A stretch of 64,000 nucleotides of DNA, from NCBI GenBank assembly GCA_012295275.1, contig CM022668.1, positions 4,092,001 through 4,156,000 on the forward strand. The letters are read 5' to 3'. The position numbers and the translations under genes are program-made. Within the stretch, counting starts at the first letter, position 1. Every line of letters begins with the position of its first letter. Of the stretch, positions 26,791-41,700 are shown in pieces. The DNA comes from Chrysomallon squamiferum (taxonomy: Eukaryota > Animalia > Mollusca). The notes below the pieces were generated by a model that saw only the letters and a program-made list of their open reading frames with translations, was not told the origin of the DNA and made no database searches.

Positions 26791-29700
26791 AATTATTTAC
26801 GTAGTTACTTATTTTCTTTCTTACTTAGATAATTATTTACGCATTTTACTTGATTTCTTCCTTCCTTAGATAATTGTTAATGTACAAATTTGCATTTTCT
26901 CTTACTTGGTCGCTTCCATCCCAATTTAGATCATTATTTAGTATTTACTTACCTTCTTTCATAGTTAGGTAATTGTTAATGTACTTACTTAGCTCACTAT
27001 TTACTAACTTACTCGCTTCCTTGCTAATTTAGGACATTAGTTAAGTTCTTACTTACATTCTTACTCACATAATTGTAAATGTACTGACATGCATTCTGAC
27101 TTACTTAGTTACTTGCTTCCTTGCTTACTTAGGTCATTATTTACGTAATTACATGATTTATTTCTTACTTAGATAATTGTAAACATACTTACTTGCATTC
27201 TCACTAACTTAGTAAGTAGCATCCTTGCTTACTTAGGTGATTATTTACGTACTTAATTACGTTCTTACTTAGGTAATTGTTAATGTACGAATTTGCATTT
27301 TCTCTTAGTTGCTCGCTTCCTTGCCATATTAGATCATTATTTACGTACTTCCTTGCCATATTAGATCATTATTTACGTACTTACTTACTTTCTTTGATTA
27401 TTAGGTAATTGTTAATGTACTTACTTAGGTTGCTATTTACTTACTTATTATCTTCCCTGCTAACTTAGGTCATTAGTTAAGTACTTACTTACATTCTTAC
27501 TCACATAATTGTTAATGCAATGACTTACATTCTCACTTACTTAGTTACTTGTTTCCTTGCTTAGTTAGCTCATTATTTACCTAAGTACTGAATTTATTTC
27601 TTCCTTAGATAATTGATAATGTACTTACTTGCATTCTCACTAACTTAGTAACTTGGAACCTTGCTTACTTAGGTCATTATTTACGTACTTAATTAAGTTC
27701 TTCCTTAGATAATTGTTAATGTACAAATTTGCATTTTCTCTTACTTGGTCGCTTCCATCCCAATTTAGATCATTATTTAGTATTTACTTACCTTCTTTCA
27801 TAGTTAGGTAATTGTTAATTGTTAATGTATTATTAGTTCTTACTTAGCTCACTATTTACTAACTTACTCGCTTCCTTGCTAATTTAGGACATTAGTTAAG
27901 TTCTTACTTACATTCTTACTCACATAATTGTAAATGTACTGACATGCATTCTGACTTACTTAGTTACTTGCTTCCTTGCTTACTTAGGTCATTATTTACG
28001 TAATTACATGATTTATTTCTTACTTAGATAATTGTAAACATACTTACTTGCATTCTCACTAACTTAGTAAGTAGCATCCTTGCTTACTTAGGTGATTATT
28101 TACGTACTTAATTACGTTCTTACTTAGGTAATTGTTAATGTACGAATTTGCATTTTCTCTTAGTTGCTCGCTTCCTTGCCATATTAGATCATTATTTACG
28201 TACTTACTTACTTTCTTTGATTATTAGGTAATTGTTAATGTACTTACTTAGGTTGCTATTTACTTACTTATTATCTTCCCTGCTAACTTAGGTCATTAGT
28301 TAAGTACTTACTTACATTCTTACTCACATAATTGTTAATGCAATGACTTACATTCTCACTTACTTAGTTACTTGTTTCCTTGCTTAGTTAGCTCATTATT
28401 TACCTAAGTACTGAATTTATTTCTTCCTTAGATAATTGATAATGTACTTACTTGCATTCTCACTAACTTAGTAACTTGGAACCTTGCTTACTTAGGTCAT
28501 TATTTACGTACTTAATTAAGTTCTTCCTTAGATAATTGTTAATGTACAAATTTGCATTTTCTCTTACTTGGTCGCTTCCATCCCAATTTAGATCATTATT
28601 TAGTATTTACTTACCTTCTTTCATAGTTAGGTAATTGTTAATGTACTTACTTAGCTCACTATTTACTAACTTACTCGCTTCCTTGCTAATTTAGGACATT
28701 AGTTAAGTTCTTACTTACATTCTTACTCACATAATTGTAAATGTACTGACATGCATTCTGACTTACTTAGTTACTTCCTTCCTTGCTTACTTAGGTCATT
28801 ATTTACGTAATTACATGATTTATTTCTTACTTAGATAATTGTAAACATACTTACTTGCATTCTCACTAACTTAGTAAGTAGCATCCTTGCTTACTTAGGT
28901 GATTATTTACGTACTTAATTACGTTCTTACTTAGGTAATTGTTAATGTTAAATTTGCATTTTCTCTTAGTTGCTCGCTTCCTTGCCATATTAGATCATTA
29001 TTTACGTACTTACTTACTTTCTTTGATTATTAGGTAATTGTTAATGTACTTACTTAGGTTGCTATTTACTTACTTATTATCTTCCCTGCTAACTTAGGTC
29101 ATTAGTTAAGTACTTACTTACATTCTTACTCACATAATTGTTAATGCAATGACTTACATTCTCACTTACTTAGTTACTTGTTTCCTTGCTTAGTTAGCTC
29201 ATTATTTACCTAAGTACTGAATTTATTTCTTCCTTAGATAATTGATAATGTACTTACTTGCATTCTCACTAACTTAGTAACTTGGAACCTTGCTTACTTA
29301 GGTCATTATTTACGTACTTAATTAAGTTCTTCCTTAGATAATTGTTAATGTACAAATTTGCATTTTCTCTTACTTGGTCGCTTCCATCCCAATTTAGATC
29401 ATTATTTAGTATTTACTTACCTTCTTTCATAGTTAGGTAATTGTTAATGTACTTACTTAGCTCACTATTTACTAACTTACTCGCTTCCTTGCTAATTTAG
29501 GACATTAGTTAAGTTCTTACTTACATTCTTACTCACATAATTGTAAATGTACTGACATGACATGCATTCTGACTTAGTTACTTGCTTCCTTGCTTACTTA
29601 GGTCATTATTTACGTAATTACATGATTTATTTCTTACTTAGATAATTGTAAACATACTTACTTGCATTCTCACTAACTTAGTAAGTAGCATCCTTGCTTA

Positions 29701-32700
29701 CTTAGGTGATTATTTACGTACTTAATTACGTTCTTACTTAGGTAATTGTTAATGTACGAATTTGCATTTTCTCTTAGTTGCTCGCTTCCTTGCCATATTA
29801 GATCATTATTTACGTACTTACTTACTTTCTTTGATTATTAGGTAATTGTTAATGTACTTACTTAGGTTGCTATTTACTTACTTATTATCTTCCCTGCTAA
29901 CTTAGGTCATTAGTTAAGTACTTACTTACATTCTTACTCACATAATTGTTAATGCAATGACTTACATTCTCACTTACTTAGTTACTTGTTTCCTTGCTTA
30001 GTTAGTTCATTATTTACCTAAGTACTGAATTTATTTCTTCCTTAGATAATTGATAATGTACTTACTTGCATTCTCACTAACTTAGTAACTTGGAACCTTG
30101 CTTACTTAGGTCATTATTTACGTACTTAATTAAGTTCTTCCTTAGATAATTGTTAATGTACAAATTTGCATTTTCTCTTACTTGGTCGCTTCCATCCCAA
30201 TTTAGATCATTATTTAGTATTTACTTACTTTCTTTCATAGTTAGGTAATTGTTAATGTACTTACTTAGCTCACTATTTACTAACTTACTCGCTTCCTTGC
30301 TAATTTAGGACATTAGTTAAGTTCTTACTTACATTCTTACTCACATAATTGTAAATGTACTGACATGCATTCTGACTTACTTAGTTACTTGCTTCCATGC
30401 TTACTTAGGTCATTATTTACGTAATTACATGATTTATTTCTTACTTAGATAATTGTAAACATACTTACTTGCATTCTCACTAACTTAGTAAGTAGCATCC
30501 TTGCTTACTTAGGTGATTATTTACGTACTTAATTACGTTCTTACTTAGGTAATTGTTAATGTACGAATTTGCATTTTCTCTTAGTTGCTCGCTTCCTTGC
30601 CATATTAGATCATTATTTACGTACTTACTTACTTTCTTTGATTATTAGGTAATTGTTAATGTACTTACTTAGGTTGCTATTTACTTACTTATTATCTTCC
30701 CTGCTAACTTAGGTCATTAGTTAAGTACTTACTTACATTCTTACTCACATAATTGTTAATGCAATGACTTACATTCTCACTTACTTAGTTACTTGTTTCC
30801 TTGCTTAGTTAGCTCATTATTTACCTAAGTACTGAATTTATTTCTTCCTTAGATAATTGATAATGTACTTACTTGCATTCTCACTAACTTAGTAACTTGG
30901 AACCTTGCTTACTTAGGTCATTATTTACGTACTTAATTAAGTTCTTCCTTAGATAATTGTTAATGTACAAATTTGCATTTTCTCTTACTTGGTCGCTTCC
31001 ATCCCAATTTAGATCATTATTTAGTATTTACTTACCTTCTTTCATAGTTAGGTAATTGTTAATGTACTTACTTAGCTCACTATTTACTAACTTACTCGCT
31101 TCCTTGCTAATTTAGGACATTAGTTAAGTTCTTACTTACATTCTTACTCACATAATTGTAAATGTACTGACATGCATTCTGACTTACTTAGTTACTTCCT
31201 TCCTTGCTTACTTAGGTCATTATTTACGTAATTACATGATTTATTTCTTACTTAGATAATTGTAAACATACTTACTTGCATTCTCACTAACTTAGTAAGT
31301 AGCATCCTTGCTTACTTGCATTCTCACTAACTTTATAATTAAGTAGCTTAATTACATTTTTTCTTACTTAGGTGATTATTTTTATTATTTAATTACGTTA
31401 TTTTTACTTTAATTGTTAATGTACAATTTGCATTTTCTCTTAGTTTCTTCCTTGCCATATTAGATCATTATTTATTTATTTACTTACTTACTTTCTTATC
31501 TTTATTAGGTAATTGTTACTTACTTAGGGTTTATTTACTTACTTTCTTCTTATTATTATCTTCCCTGCTAGGTTTAGGTCATTAGTTAACACTTACTTAC
31601 ATTCTTGTTCACATAATTAACTTACAATCACTTCACTTACTTACTTAGTTTACTTGTTTGCTTAGTTAGCTCATTTTTATTTACCTAATTACTGAATTTA
31701 TTTCTTCCTTCTTAATTGATAATTGATAATGTACTTACTTGCATTCTCACTAGTAAGTACCTTGCTTACTTAGGTCATTATTTATTTTACGTACTTAATT
31801 AAGTTCTTCCTTAGATAATTGTTAATAATTGTTAATTGTACAAATTCTTTTTTTCTCTTACTTGGTTCCTTCCCCATCCCAATTTAGATATTTTATTTTT
31901 TCTTTCTTCTTTTTCTTTCATAGTTAATAATTGTTTACTTTTACTTACTTACTTAGCTCTTTACTAACTCTTTTTTAGGACTAATTTAGGACATTATTAG
32001 TTACATTCTTAATTTTACATTCTTACTCACATAATAAACAAACTGACTTGACATTCTTCTGACTTACTTAGTTACTTGCTTCCTTGCTTACTTAGGTCAT
32101 TATTTACGTAATTACATGATTTATTTCTTACTTAGATAATTGTAAACATACTTACTTGCATTCTCACTAACTTAGTAAGTAGCATCCTTGCTTACTTAGG
32201 TGATTATTTACGTACTTAATTACGTTCTTACTTAGGTAATTGTTAATGTACGAATTTGCATTTTCTCTTAGTTGCTCTCTTCCTTGCCATATTAGATCAT
32301 TATTTTTGCCATTTACTTTAGATAATTATTTACTTACTTTATTTTTGGTTTTTTCTTTGATTATTAGTAATTAATTGTTAATGTACTTACTTAGGTTGCT
32401 ATTTACTTACTTATTATCTTCCCTGCTAACTTAGGTCATTAGTTAAGTACTTACTTACATTCTTACTCACATAATTGTTAATGCAATGACTTACATTCTC
32501 ACTTACTTAGTTACTTGTTTCCTTGCTTAGTTAGCTCATTATTTACCTAAGTACTGAATTTATTTCTTCCTTAGATAATTGATAATGTACTTACTTGCAT
32601 TCTCACTAACTTAGTAACTTGGAACCTTGCTTACTTAGGTCATTATTTACGTACTTAATTAAGTTCTTCCTTAGATAATTGTTAATTAATACAAATTTGC

Positions 32701-35700
32701 ATTTTTTTTCTTGGTCTTTGGTCGCTTCCATCCCAATTTAGAATTTAGATCATTATTTTACCTTCTTTCATAGTTTCATATTGTTAATTGTTAATTGTTA
32801 ACTTAGCTTACTTAGCTCACTATTTACTAACTTACTTAGGATTTTGCTAATTTAGGACATTAGTTTAACATTCTTACTTACATTCTTAAATCACATAATT
32901 GTAAATGTACATTCTGCATTGCATACTGACTTACTTAGTTACTTGCTTCCTTGATTACTTAGGTTATTATTTACGTAATTACATGATTTATTTCTTACTT
33001 AGATAATTGTAAACATACTTACTTGCATTCTCACTAACTTAGTAAGTAGCATCCTTGCTTACTTAGGTGATTATTTACGTACTTAATTACGTTCTTACTT
33101 AGGTAATTGTTAATGTACGAATTTGCATTTTCTCTTAGTTGCTCGCTTCCTTGCCATATTAGATCATTATTTACGTACTTACTTACTTTCTTTGATTATT
33201 AGGTAATTGTTAATGTACTTACTTAGGTTGCTATTTACTTACTTATTATCTTCCCTGCTAACTTAGGTCATTAGTTAAGCACTTACTTACATTCTTAGGT
33301 CATTAAGTTACTTATTCTTACTTACATTCACATAATAACATAATTGTTAATGCATTGACTTACATTTTCTTACTTGTTACTTGTTTTTTATTTGTTTTTT
33401 TTGCTTACTTAGCTCATTATTTTTTCCGTAAGTACTGAATTTATTTCTTCCTTAGATAATTGTTAATGTACTTACTTGCATTCTCACTAACTTAGTAACT
33501 TGGAACCTTGCTTACTTAGGTCATTATTTACGTACTTAATTAAGTTCTTCCTTAGATAATTGTTAATGTACAAATTTGCATTTTCTCTTACTTGGTCGCT
33601 TCCATCCCAATTTAGATCATTATTTATTTGTATTTACTTACCTTCTTTCATAGTTAGGTAATTGTTAATGTACTTACTTAGCTCACTATTTACTAACTTA
33701 CTCGCTTCCTTGCTAATTTAGGACATTAGTTAAGTTCTTACTTACATTCTTACTCACATAATTGTAAATGTACTGACATGCATTCTGACTTACTTACTTA
33801 GTTACTTGCTTCCTTGCTTACTTAGTTACTTTGCTTCCTTTAATTTTTTTTTATTTATTTAATTAATTACATGATTTATTTCTTAATTTATAAATAATTC
33901 TTATACTTACATACTTACTTGCATTCTCACTAACTTAGTAAGTAGCATCCTTGCTTACTTAGGTGATTATTTACGTACTTAATTACGTTCTTACTTAGGT
34001 AATTGTTAATGTACGAATTTGCATTTTCTCTTAGTTGCTCGCTTCCTTGCCATATTAGATCATTATTTACGTACTTACTTACTTTCTTTGATTATTAGGT
34101 AATTGTTAATGTACTTACTTAGGTTGCTATTTACTTACTTATTATCTTCCCTGCTAACTTAGGTCATTAGTTAAGTACTTACTTACATTCTTACTCACAT
34201 AATTGTTAATGCAATGACTTACATTCTCACTTACTTAGTTACTTGTTTCCTTGCTTAGTTAGCTCATTATTTACCTAAGTACTGAATTTATTTCTTCCTT
34301 AGATAATTGATAATGTACTTACTTGCATTCTCACTAACTTAGTAACTTGGAACCTTGCTTACTTAGGTCATTTTTACGTACTTAATTAAGTTCTTAATTA
34401 ATTGAGTTCTTCCTTAGATAATTGTTAATGTACAAATTTGCATTTTCTCTTACTTGGTCGCTTCCATCCCAATTTAGATCATTATTTAGTATTTACTTAC
34501 CTTCTTTCATAGTTAGGTAATTGTTAATGTACTTACTTAGCTCACTATTTACTAACTTACTCGCTTCCTTGCTAATTTAGGACATTAGTTAAGTTCTTAC
34601 TTACATTCTTACTCACATAATTGTAAATGTACTGACATGCATTCTGACTTACTTAGTTACTTGCTTCCTTGCTTACTTATTTACGTAATTTATTATTTAT
34701 TTTAATTTACATTTATTTTATTTTAATTAATTATAAATTGTAATTACTTACTTAGATAACTTACTTAGATAATTGCAAACATACTTTTTGCATTCTCACT
34801 AACTTAGTATTTAGCATTCCTTGTATTAATTTACGTTTACTTACTTATTGATTATTTATTTAATTTTTATTTTTTCTTGTTCTTACTTAGGTAATTTTTA
34901 ATTTTGAATTTGCATTTTTCTTAGTTACTTATTTGCCATATTAGATTATTATTATTTATTTACTTACTTTTTTTTTCTTTATTATTTTAATTGTACTTGT
35001 ATTCTATTTACTTAGGTCTTATTTGCTATTTACTTACTTATTATCTTCCCTGCTAACTTAGGTCATTAGTTTACTTACATACTTACATTCTTACACATTA
35101 CATTAATTAATTAATTAATTACATTTCTTTTTCTTACTTAGTTACTTGTTTCCTTGCTTAGTTAGCTCATTATTTTTTTTGAAATTAGTTAGCTCATTAT
35201 TTACCTAAGATTACTGAATTTATTTCTTCCTTAGATAATTGATAATGTACTTACTTGCATTCTCACTAACTTAGTAACTTGGAACCTTGCTTACTTAGGT
35301 CATTATTTACGTACTTAATTAAGTTCTTCCTTAGATAATTGTTAATGTACAAATTTGCATTTTCTCTTACTTGGTCGCTTCCATCCCATTTTAGATCATT
35401 TTTAGATCATTATTTATTATTTACTTACCTTCTTTCATAGTTAGGTAATTGTTAATGTACTTACTTAGCTCACTATTTACTAACTTACTCGCTTCCTTGC
35501 TAATTTAGGACATTAGTTAAGTTCTTACTTACATTCTTACTCACATAATTGTAAATGTACTGACATGCATTCTGACTTACTTAGTTACTTGCTTCCTTGC
35601 TTACTTAGGTCATTATTTACGTAATTACATGATTTATTTCTTACTTAGATAATTGTAAACATACTTACTTGCATTCTCACTAACTTAGTAAGTAGCATCC

Positions 35701-38700
35701 TTGCTTACTTAGGTGATTATTTACGTACTTAATTACGTTCTTACTTAGGTAATTGTTAATGTACGAATTTGCATTTTCTCTTAGTTGCTCGCTTCCTTGC
35801 CATATTAGATCATTATTTACGTACTTACTTACTTTCTTTGATTATTAGGTAATTGTTAATGTACTTACTTAGGTTGCTATTTACTTACTTATTATCTTCC
35901 CTGCTAACTTAGGTCATTAGTTAAGTACTTACTTACATTCTTACTCACATAATTGTTAATGCAATGACTTACATTCTCACTTACTTAGTTACTTGTTTCC
36001 TTGCTTAGTTAGCTCATTATTTACCTAAGTACTGAATTTATTTCTTCCTTAGATAATTGATAATGTACTTACTTGCATTCTCACTAACTTAGTAACTTGG
36101 AACCTTGCTTACTTAGGTCATTATTTACGTACTTTATTTTATTTAATTTCTTATTAAGTTTTTCCTTAGATAATTGTTAATTAATTTGCATTTCCTTCTT
36201 AATTGGTCCTCCCCATTATTTGATCATTATTTTACAAATTTCATTTATTTTTTTTTCTTATTTTATTTCTTCCATTAATTTAGATCATTTTTTAGTATTT
36301 ACTTTCTTATTTTACTTTTACTTTTACTAATTTTGTTATTTTACTTATTTATTTTCATTATTTATTAACTAATTTACATAATTCTAATTTAGGACATTAA
36401 TACATACTTACTTACATTCTTCTTACACATTACTTACTTACATACTTACTTACACTTGCACTTATTTACTTCTTATTTATTTCCTTGCTTACTTATGATT
36501 TTATTTACTTAATTATTGATTAATTTCTTACTTAGATAACTTAAATTACTTCACTTCTCACTTAGTAACTTAGCATCCTTGCTTACTTAGGTGATTATTT
36601 AATTACGTTCTTAATTACGTTCTTAATTGTAGGTAATTGTTAATTTTTTTTTTTTTGCATTTTCTCTTAGTTGCTCGCTTCCTTGCCATATTAGATCATT
36701 ATTTACGTACTTACTTACTTTCTTTGATTATTAGGTAATTGTTAATGTACTTACTTAGGTTGCTATTTACTTACTTATTATCTTCCCTGCTAACTTAGGT
36801 CATTAGTTAAGTACTTACTTACATTCTTACTCACATAATTGTTAATGCAATGACTTACATTCTCACTTACTTAGTTACTTGTTTCCTTGCTTAGTTAGCT
36901 CATTATTTACCTAAGTACTGAATTTATTTCTTCCTTAGATAATTGATAATGTACTTACTTGCATTCTCACTAACTTAGTAACTTGGAACCTTGCTTACTT
37001 AGGTCATTATTTACGTACTTAATTAAGTTCTTCCTTAGATAATTGTTAATGTACAAATTTGCATTTTCTCTTACTTGGTCGCTTCCATCCCAATTTAGAT
37101 CATTATTTAGTATTTACTTACTTTCTTTCATAGTTAGTTAATTGTTAATTGTACTTACTTAGCTCACTATTTACTAACTTACTCGCTTCCTTGCTAATTT
37201 AGGACATTAGTTAAGTTCTTACTTACATTCTTACTCACATAATTGTAAATGTACTGACATGCATTCTGACTTACTTAGTTACTTGCTTCCTTGCTTACTT
37301 AGGTTATTATTTACGTAATTACATGATTTATTTCTTACTTAGATAATTGTAAACATACTTACTTGCATTCTCACTAACTTAGTAAGTAGCATCCTTGCTT
37401 ACTTAGGTGATTATTTACGTACTTAATTACGTTCTTACTTAGGTAATTGTTAATGTACGAATTTGCATTTTCTCTTAGTTGCTCGCTTCCTTGCCATATT
37501 AGATCATTATTTACGTACTTACTTACTTTCTTTGATTATTAGGTAATTGTTAATGTACTTACTTAGGTTCTAGCTATTTACTTACTTATTATCTTCCCTG
37601 CTAACTTAGGTCATTAGTTAAGTACTTACTTACATTCTTACTCACATAATTGTTAATGCAATGACTTACATTCTCACTTACTTAGTTACTTGTTTCCTTG
37701 CTTAGTTAGCTCATTATTTACCTAAGTACTGAATTTATTTCTTCCTTAGATAATTGATAATGTACTTACTTGCATTCTCACTAACTTAGTAACTTGGAAC
37801 CTTGCTTACTTAGGTCATTATTTACGTACTTAATTAAGTTCTTCCTTAGATAATTGTTAATGTACAAATTTGCATTTTCTCTTACTTGGTCGCTTCCATC
37901 CCAATTTAGTTCATTATTTAGTATTTTTTTTTTCTTTTTTAATTATTTTTTACTTTTCTTTACTTTCATATTTTAATTTTACATTATTTAGTTCTTATTT
38001 ATTTTACTTAATTTTATAATTACTATAACTTATTTAATTTAGGACATTAGTTAGTTCTTACTTACATTCTTTAAACTTACTTATTTACTTAGTTATAGCA
38101 TCCTTACTTACTTATTATTTATTTAATTTAATTACGTTCTTACTTATTTAATTGTTAATTTATGAATTTGCATTGCATTTTCTCTTAGTTGCTCGCTTCC
38201 TTGCCATATTAGATCATTATTTACTTATTTACTTACTTTTTTTATTTTTTGATTATTAATTATTGTTAATTAGGTTTTATTTACTTACTTATTATCTTCC
38301 CTTAGGTCATTAGTTAAGTACTTACTTACATTCTTACTCACATAATTGTTAATGCAATGACTTACATTCTCACTTACTTAGTTACTTGTTTCCTTGCTTA
38401 GTTAGCTCATTTTTTACGTAAGTACTGAATTTATTTCTTCCTTAGGTAATTATTTATGTTTTATTTATTACTTTAACTTAGTAACTTTGGAATTTTACTT
38501 ACTTAGGTATTATTTACTTAATTTAATTAAGTTTCCTTAGATAATTTTAATTTTATTATTTTCCTTACTTGGTCGCTTCCATCCCAATTTACTTATTTAT
38601 TATTATTTTTTTTTTCTTTCATAGTTAATTAATTGTTTTACTTACTTACTTTTATTTACTTACTTACTTACTGCTTTTTTTAATTTATTAGTTACTTCTT

Positions 38701-41700
38701 CTTTTACATTCTTAACATATTTATTACATTTATGCATTTACTTAGTTACTTTTTTCCTTGCTTACTTTTAGGTTATTATTTAATTAACATGATTATTTAT
38801 TTTAGATTTAGATAATTATTACTTGCATTCTTATTTCTTCTTTTTGCATTCCTTCTTTTTTAGTATTGATTATTTACGTACTTAATTACGTTCTTACTTA
38901 GGTAATTTTAATTACGAATTTGCATTTTCTCTTAGTTGCTCGCTTATATATATTTATTTATTATTTTTGTACTTACTTTTTTTCTTTATTATTAGTTAAT
39001 TGTTAATTTACTTACTTACTTATTTATTTACTTACTTATTATCTTCCCTGCTAACTTAGGTCATTATTAGTTACTTACTTACATTCTTACTCACATAATT
39101 GTTAATGCAATGACTTACATTCTCACTTACTTAGTTACTTAGTTACTTGTTTCCTTGCTTAGTTAGCTCATTATTTACCTAAGTACTGAATTTATTTCTT
39201 CCTTAGATAATTGATAATGTACTTACTTGCATTCTCACTAACTTAGTAACTTGGAACCTTGCTTACTTAGGTCATTATTTACGTACTTAATTAAGTTCTT
39301 CCTTTAATAATTGTTAATGTATTTTTTTTTTTTTTCTTACTTCCTTCCTTCCATTTAGATTATTATTTTTTTTATTTACTTTTTTTTTTTTCATAGTTAG
39401 GTAATTGTTAATTACTTTACTTACTAACTTACTCACTTCCTTTAATTTAGGACTTTTTAAGTTCTTCCTTGCTAATTTAGGACATTAGTTACTTATTCTT
39501 ACTTAATACATAACATACATAATTGTAAATGTACTGACTTGCATTCTTCTTACTTACTTAGTTACTTCCTTCCTTGCTTATTAGGTTTATTTACATGTAA
39601 TTTTATTTATTTTATTAGATTAGATAATTGTAAACTTACTTGCATTACTTGCATTCTCACTAACTTAGCATCCTAGCATCCTTTTACTTGATTATTGATT
39701 ATTTAATTAATTACGTTCTTACTTAGGTAATTGTTAATGAATTTGAATTTGCATTTTCTCTTAGTTGCTCGCTTCCTTGCCATATTAGATCATTATTTAT
39801 TTATTTACTTACTTACTTTCTTTGATTATTAGGTAATTGTTAATGTACTTACTTTAGGTTGCTATTTACTTACTTATTATCTTCCCTGCTAACTTAGGTC
39901 ATTAGTTCTTCCTTACTTACATTCTTAGGTCATTAGTTACTTACTTACTTACTTACATTCTTACTCACATAATTGTTAATGCAATGACTTACATTCTCAT
40001 TTATTTTTTACTTAGTTACTTAATTTTCCTTGCTTAGTTAGCTCATTATTTACTTTTTACCTATTTTTAATTTGCATTTCTCATTTTTATTTAATCATTT
40101 TTTTTTTAATGAATTTTTTTCCTTTCTTAATTGATAATTGATAATACTTACTTACTTGCATTCTCACTAACTTAGTAACTTGGAACCTTACTTATTAATT
40201 TAGGTTATTATTTATTTTACTTAATTAAGTTCTTCCTTAGATAATTGTTAATGTACAAATTTGCATTTTTCTTCTTAATTTCCCTTCCATCCCAATTTAG
40301 ATCATTATTTTTTTCATTATTTATTTACTTAATTTCTTTCATAGTTAGGTAATTGTTAACTTACTTACTTAGCTCACTATTTTAACTTACTAATTTTCCT
40401 TGCTAATTTAGGACATTAGTTAAGTTTTACTTACATTCTTACTTACATAATAATTGTAAATTACATTCTGATTTACTTAGTTACTTGCTTCCTTACTTAC
40501 TTCTTAATTACTTTTATTTACTTATTATTTATTTTACTGTAATTACATTACATTTATTTATTTTATTAATTACTTAGATAATTGTAAACATACTTACTTG
40601 CATTCTCACTAACTTAGTAAGTAGCATCCTTGCTTACTTAGGTGATTATTTACTTAATTACTTAATTACGTTCTTACTTAGGTAATTTTAATTAATGAAT
40701 TTTTTTTTTCTTAGTTTTTCTCTTAGTTGCTCGCTTCCTTGCCATATTAGATCATTATTTACGTACTTACTTACTTTCTTTGATTATTAGGTAATTGTTA
40801 ATGTACTTACTTAGGTTGCTATTTACTTACTTATTATCTTCCCTGCTAACTTAGGTCATTAGTTAATTACTTACTTACATTACTCACATAATAATTAATT
40901 AATACAATCTTACTTACTTACTTACTTAGTTACTTTTTTCCTTGCTTAGTTAGCTCATTTTTTACCTAAATTACTGAATTTATTTCTTCCTTATTAATTA
41001 ATGAATTACTTGCTTTACTTAACTTTCACTTTAACTTAGTACCTTTGGAACCTTTACTTAGGTCATTATTTACGTACTTTAATTTTTCTTCCTTAGATAA
41101 TTGTTAATTGTACAAATTTGAATTTTCTTACTTATTCGCTTCATTATTTATTCATTATTTATTTAATTAAGTTATTTCCTTAGATAATTTTATTGTACAA
41201 ATTTGCATTTTTTTCTTAGTTGGTTAGCTTCCATGTTAATTTAGATCATTATTTTATTTATTTACTTACCTTCTTTTAGTTTTAATTGTTAACTTACTTA
41301 CTTAGCTCACTATTTACTAACTTACTCGCTTCCTTGCTAATTTAGGACATTAGTTAAGTTCTTACTTACATTCTTACTCACATAATTGTAAATGTACTGA
41401 CATGCATTCTGACTTACTTAGTTACTTGCTTCCTTGCTTACTTAGGTCATTATTTACGTAATTACATGATTTATTTCTTACTTAGATAATAATAAACAAA
41501 CATTACTTCATTCTCTTGCATTCTCTAACTTAGTATCCTTAGCATCCTTAAGTAGCATCCTCCTTCCTTAGGTGATTATTTAATTGATTATTTTTAGGTA
41601 ATTGTTAATTAATTACGTTCTTACTTTTCTTCTTTTTCTTTTTTAATTATTTGAATTTTTATTTTCTTAGTTTAGTTATCGCTTCCTTATTATATTAGAT

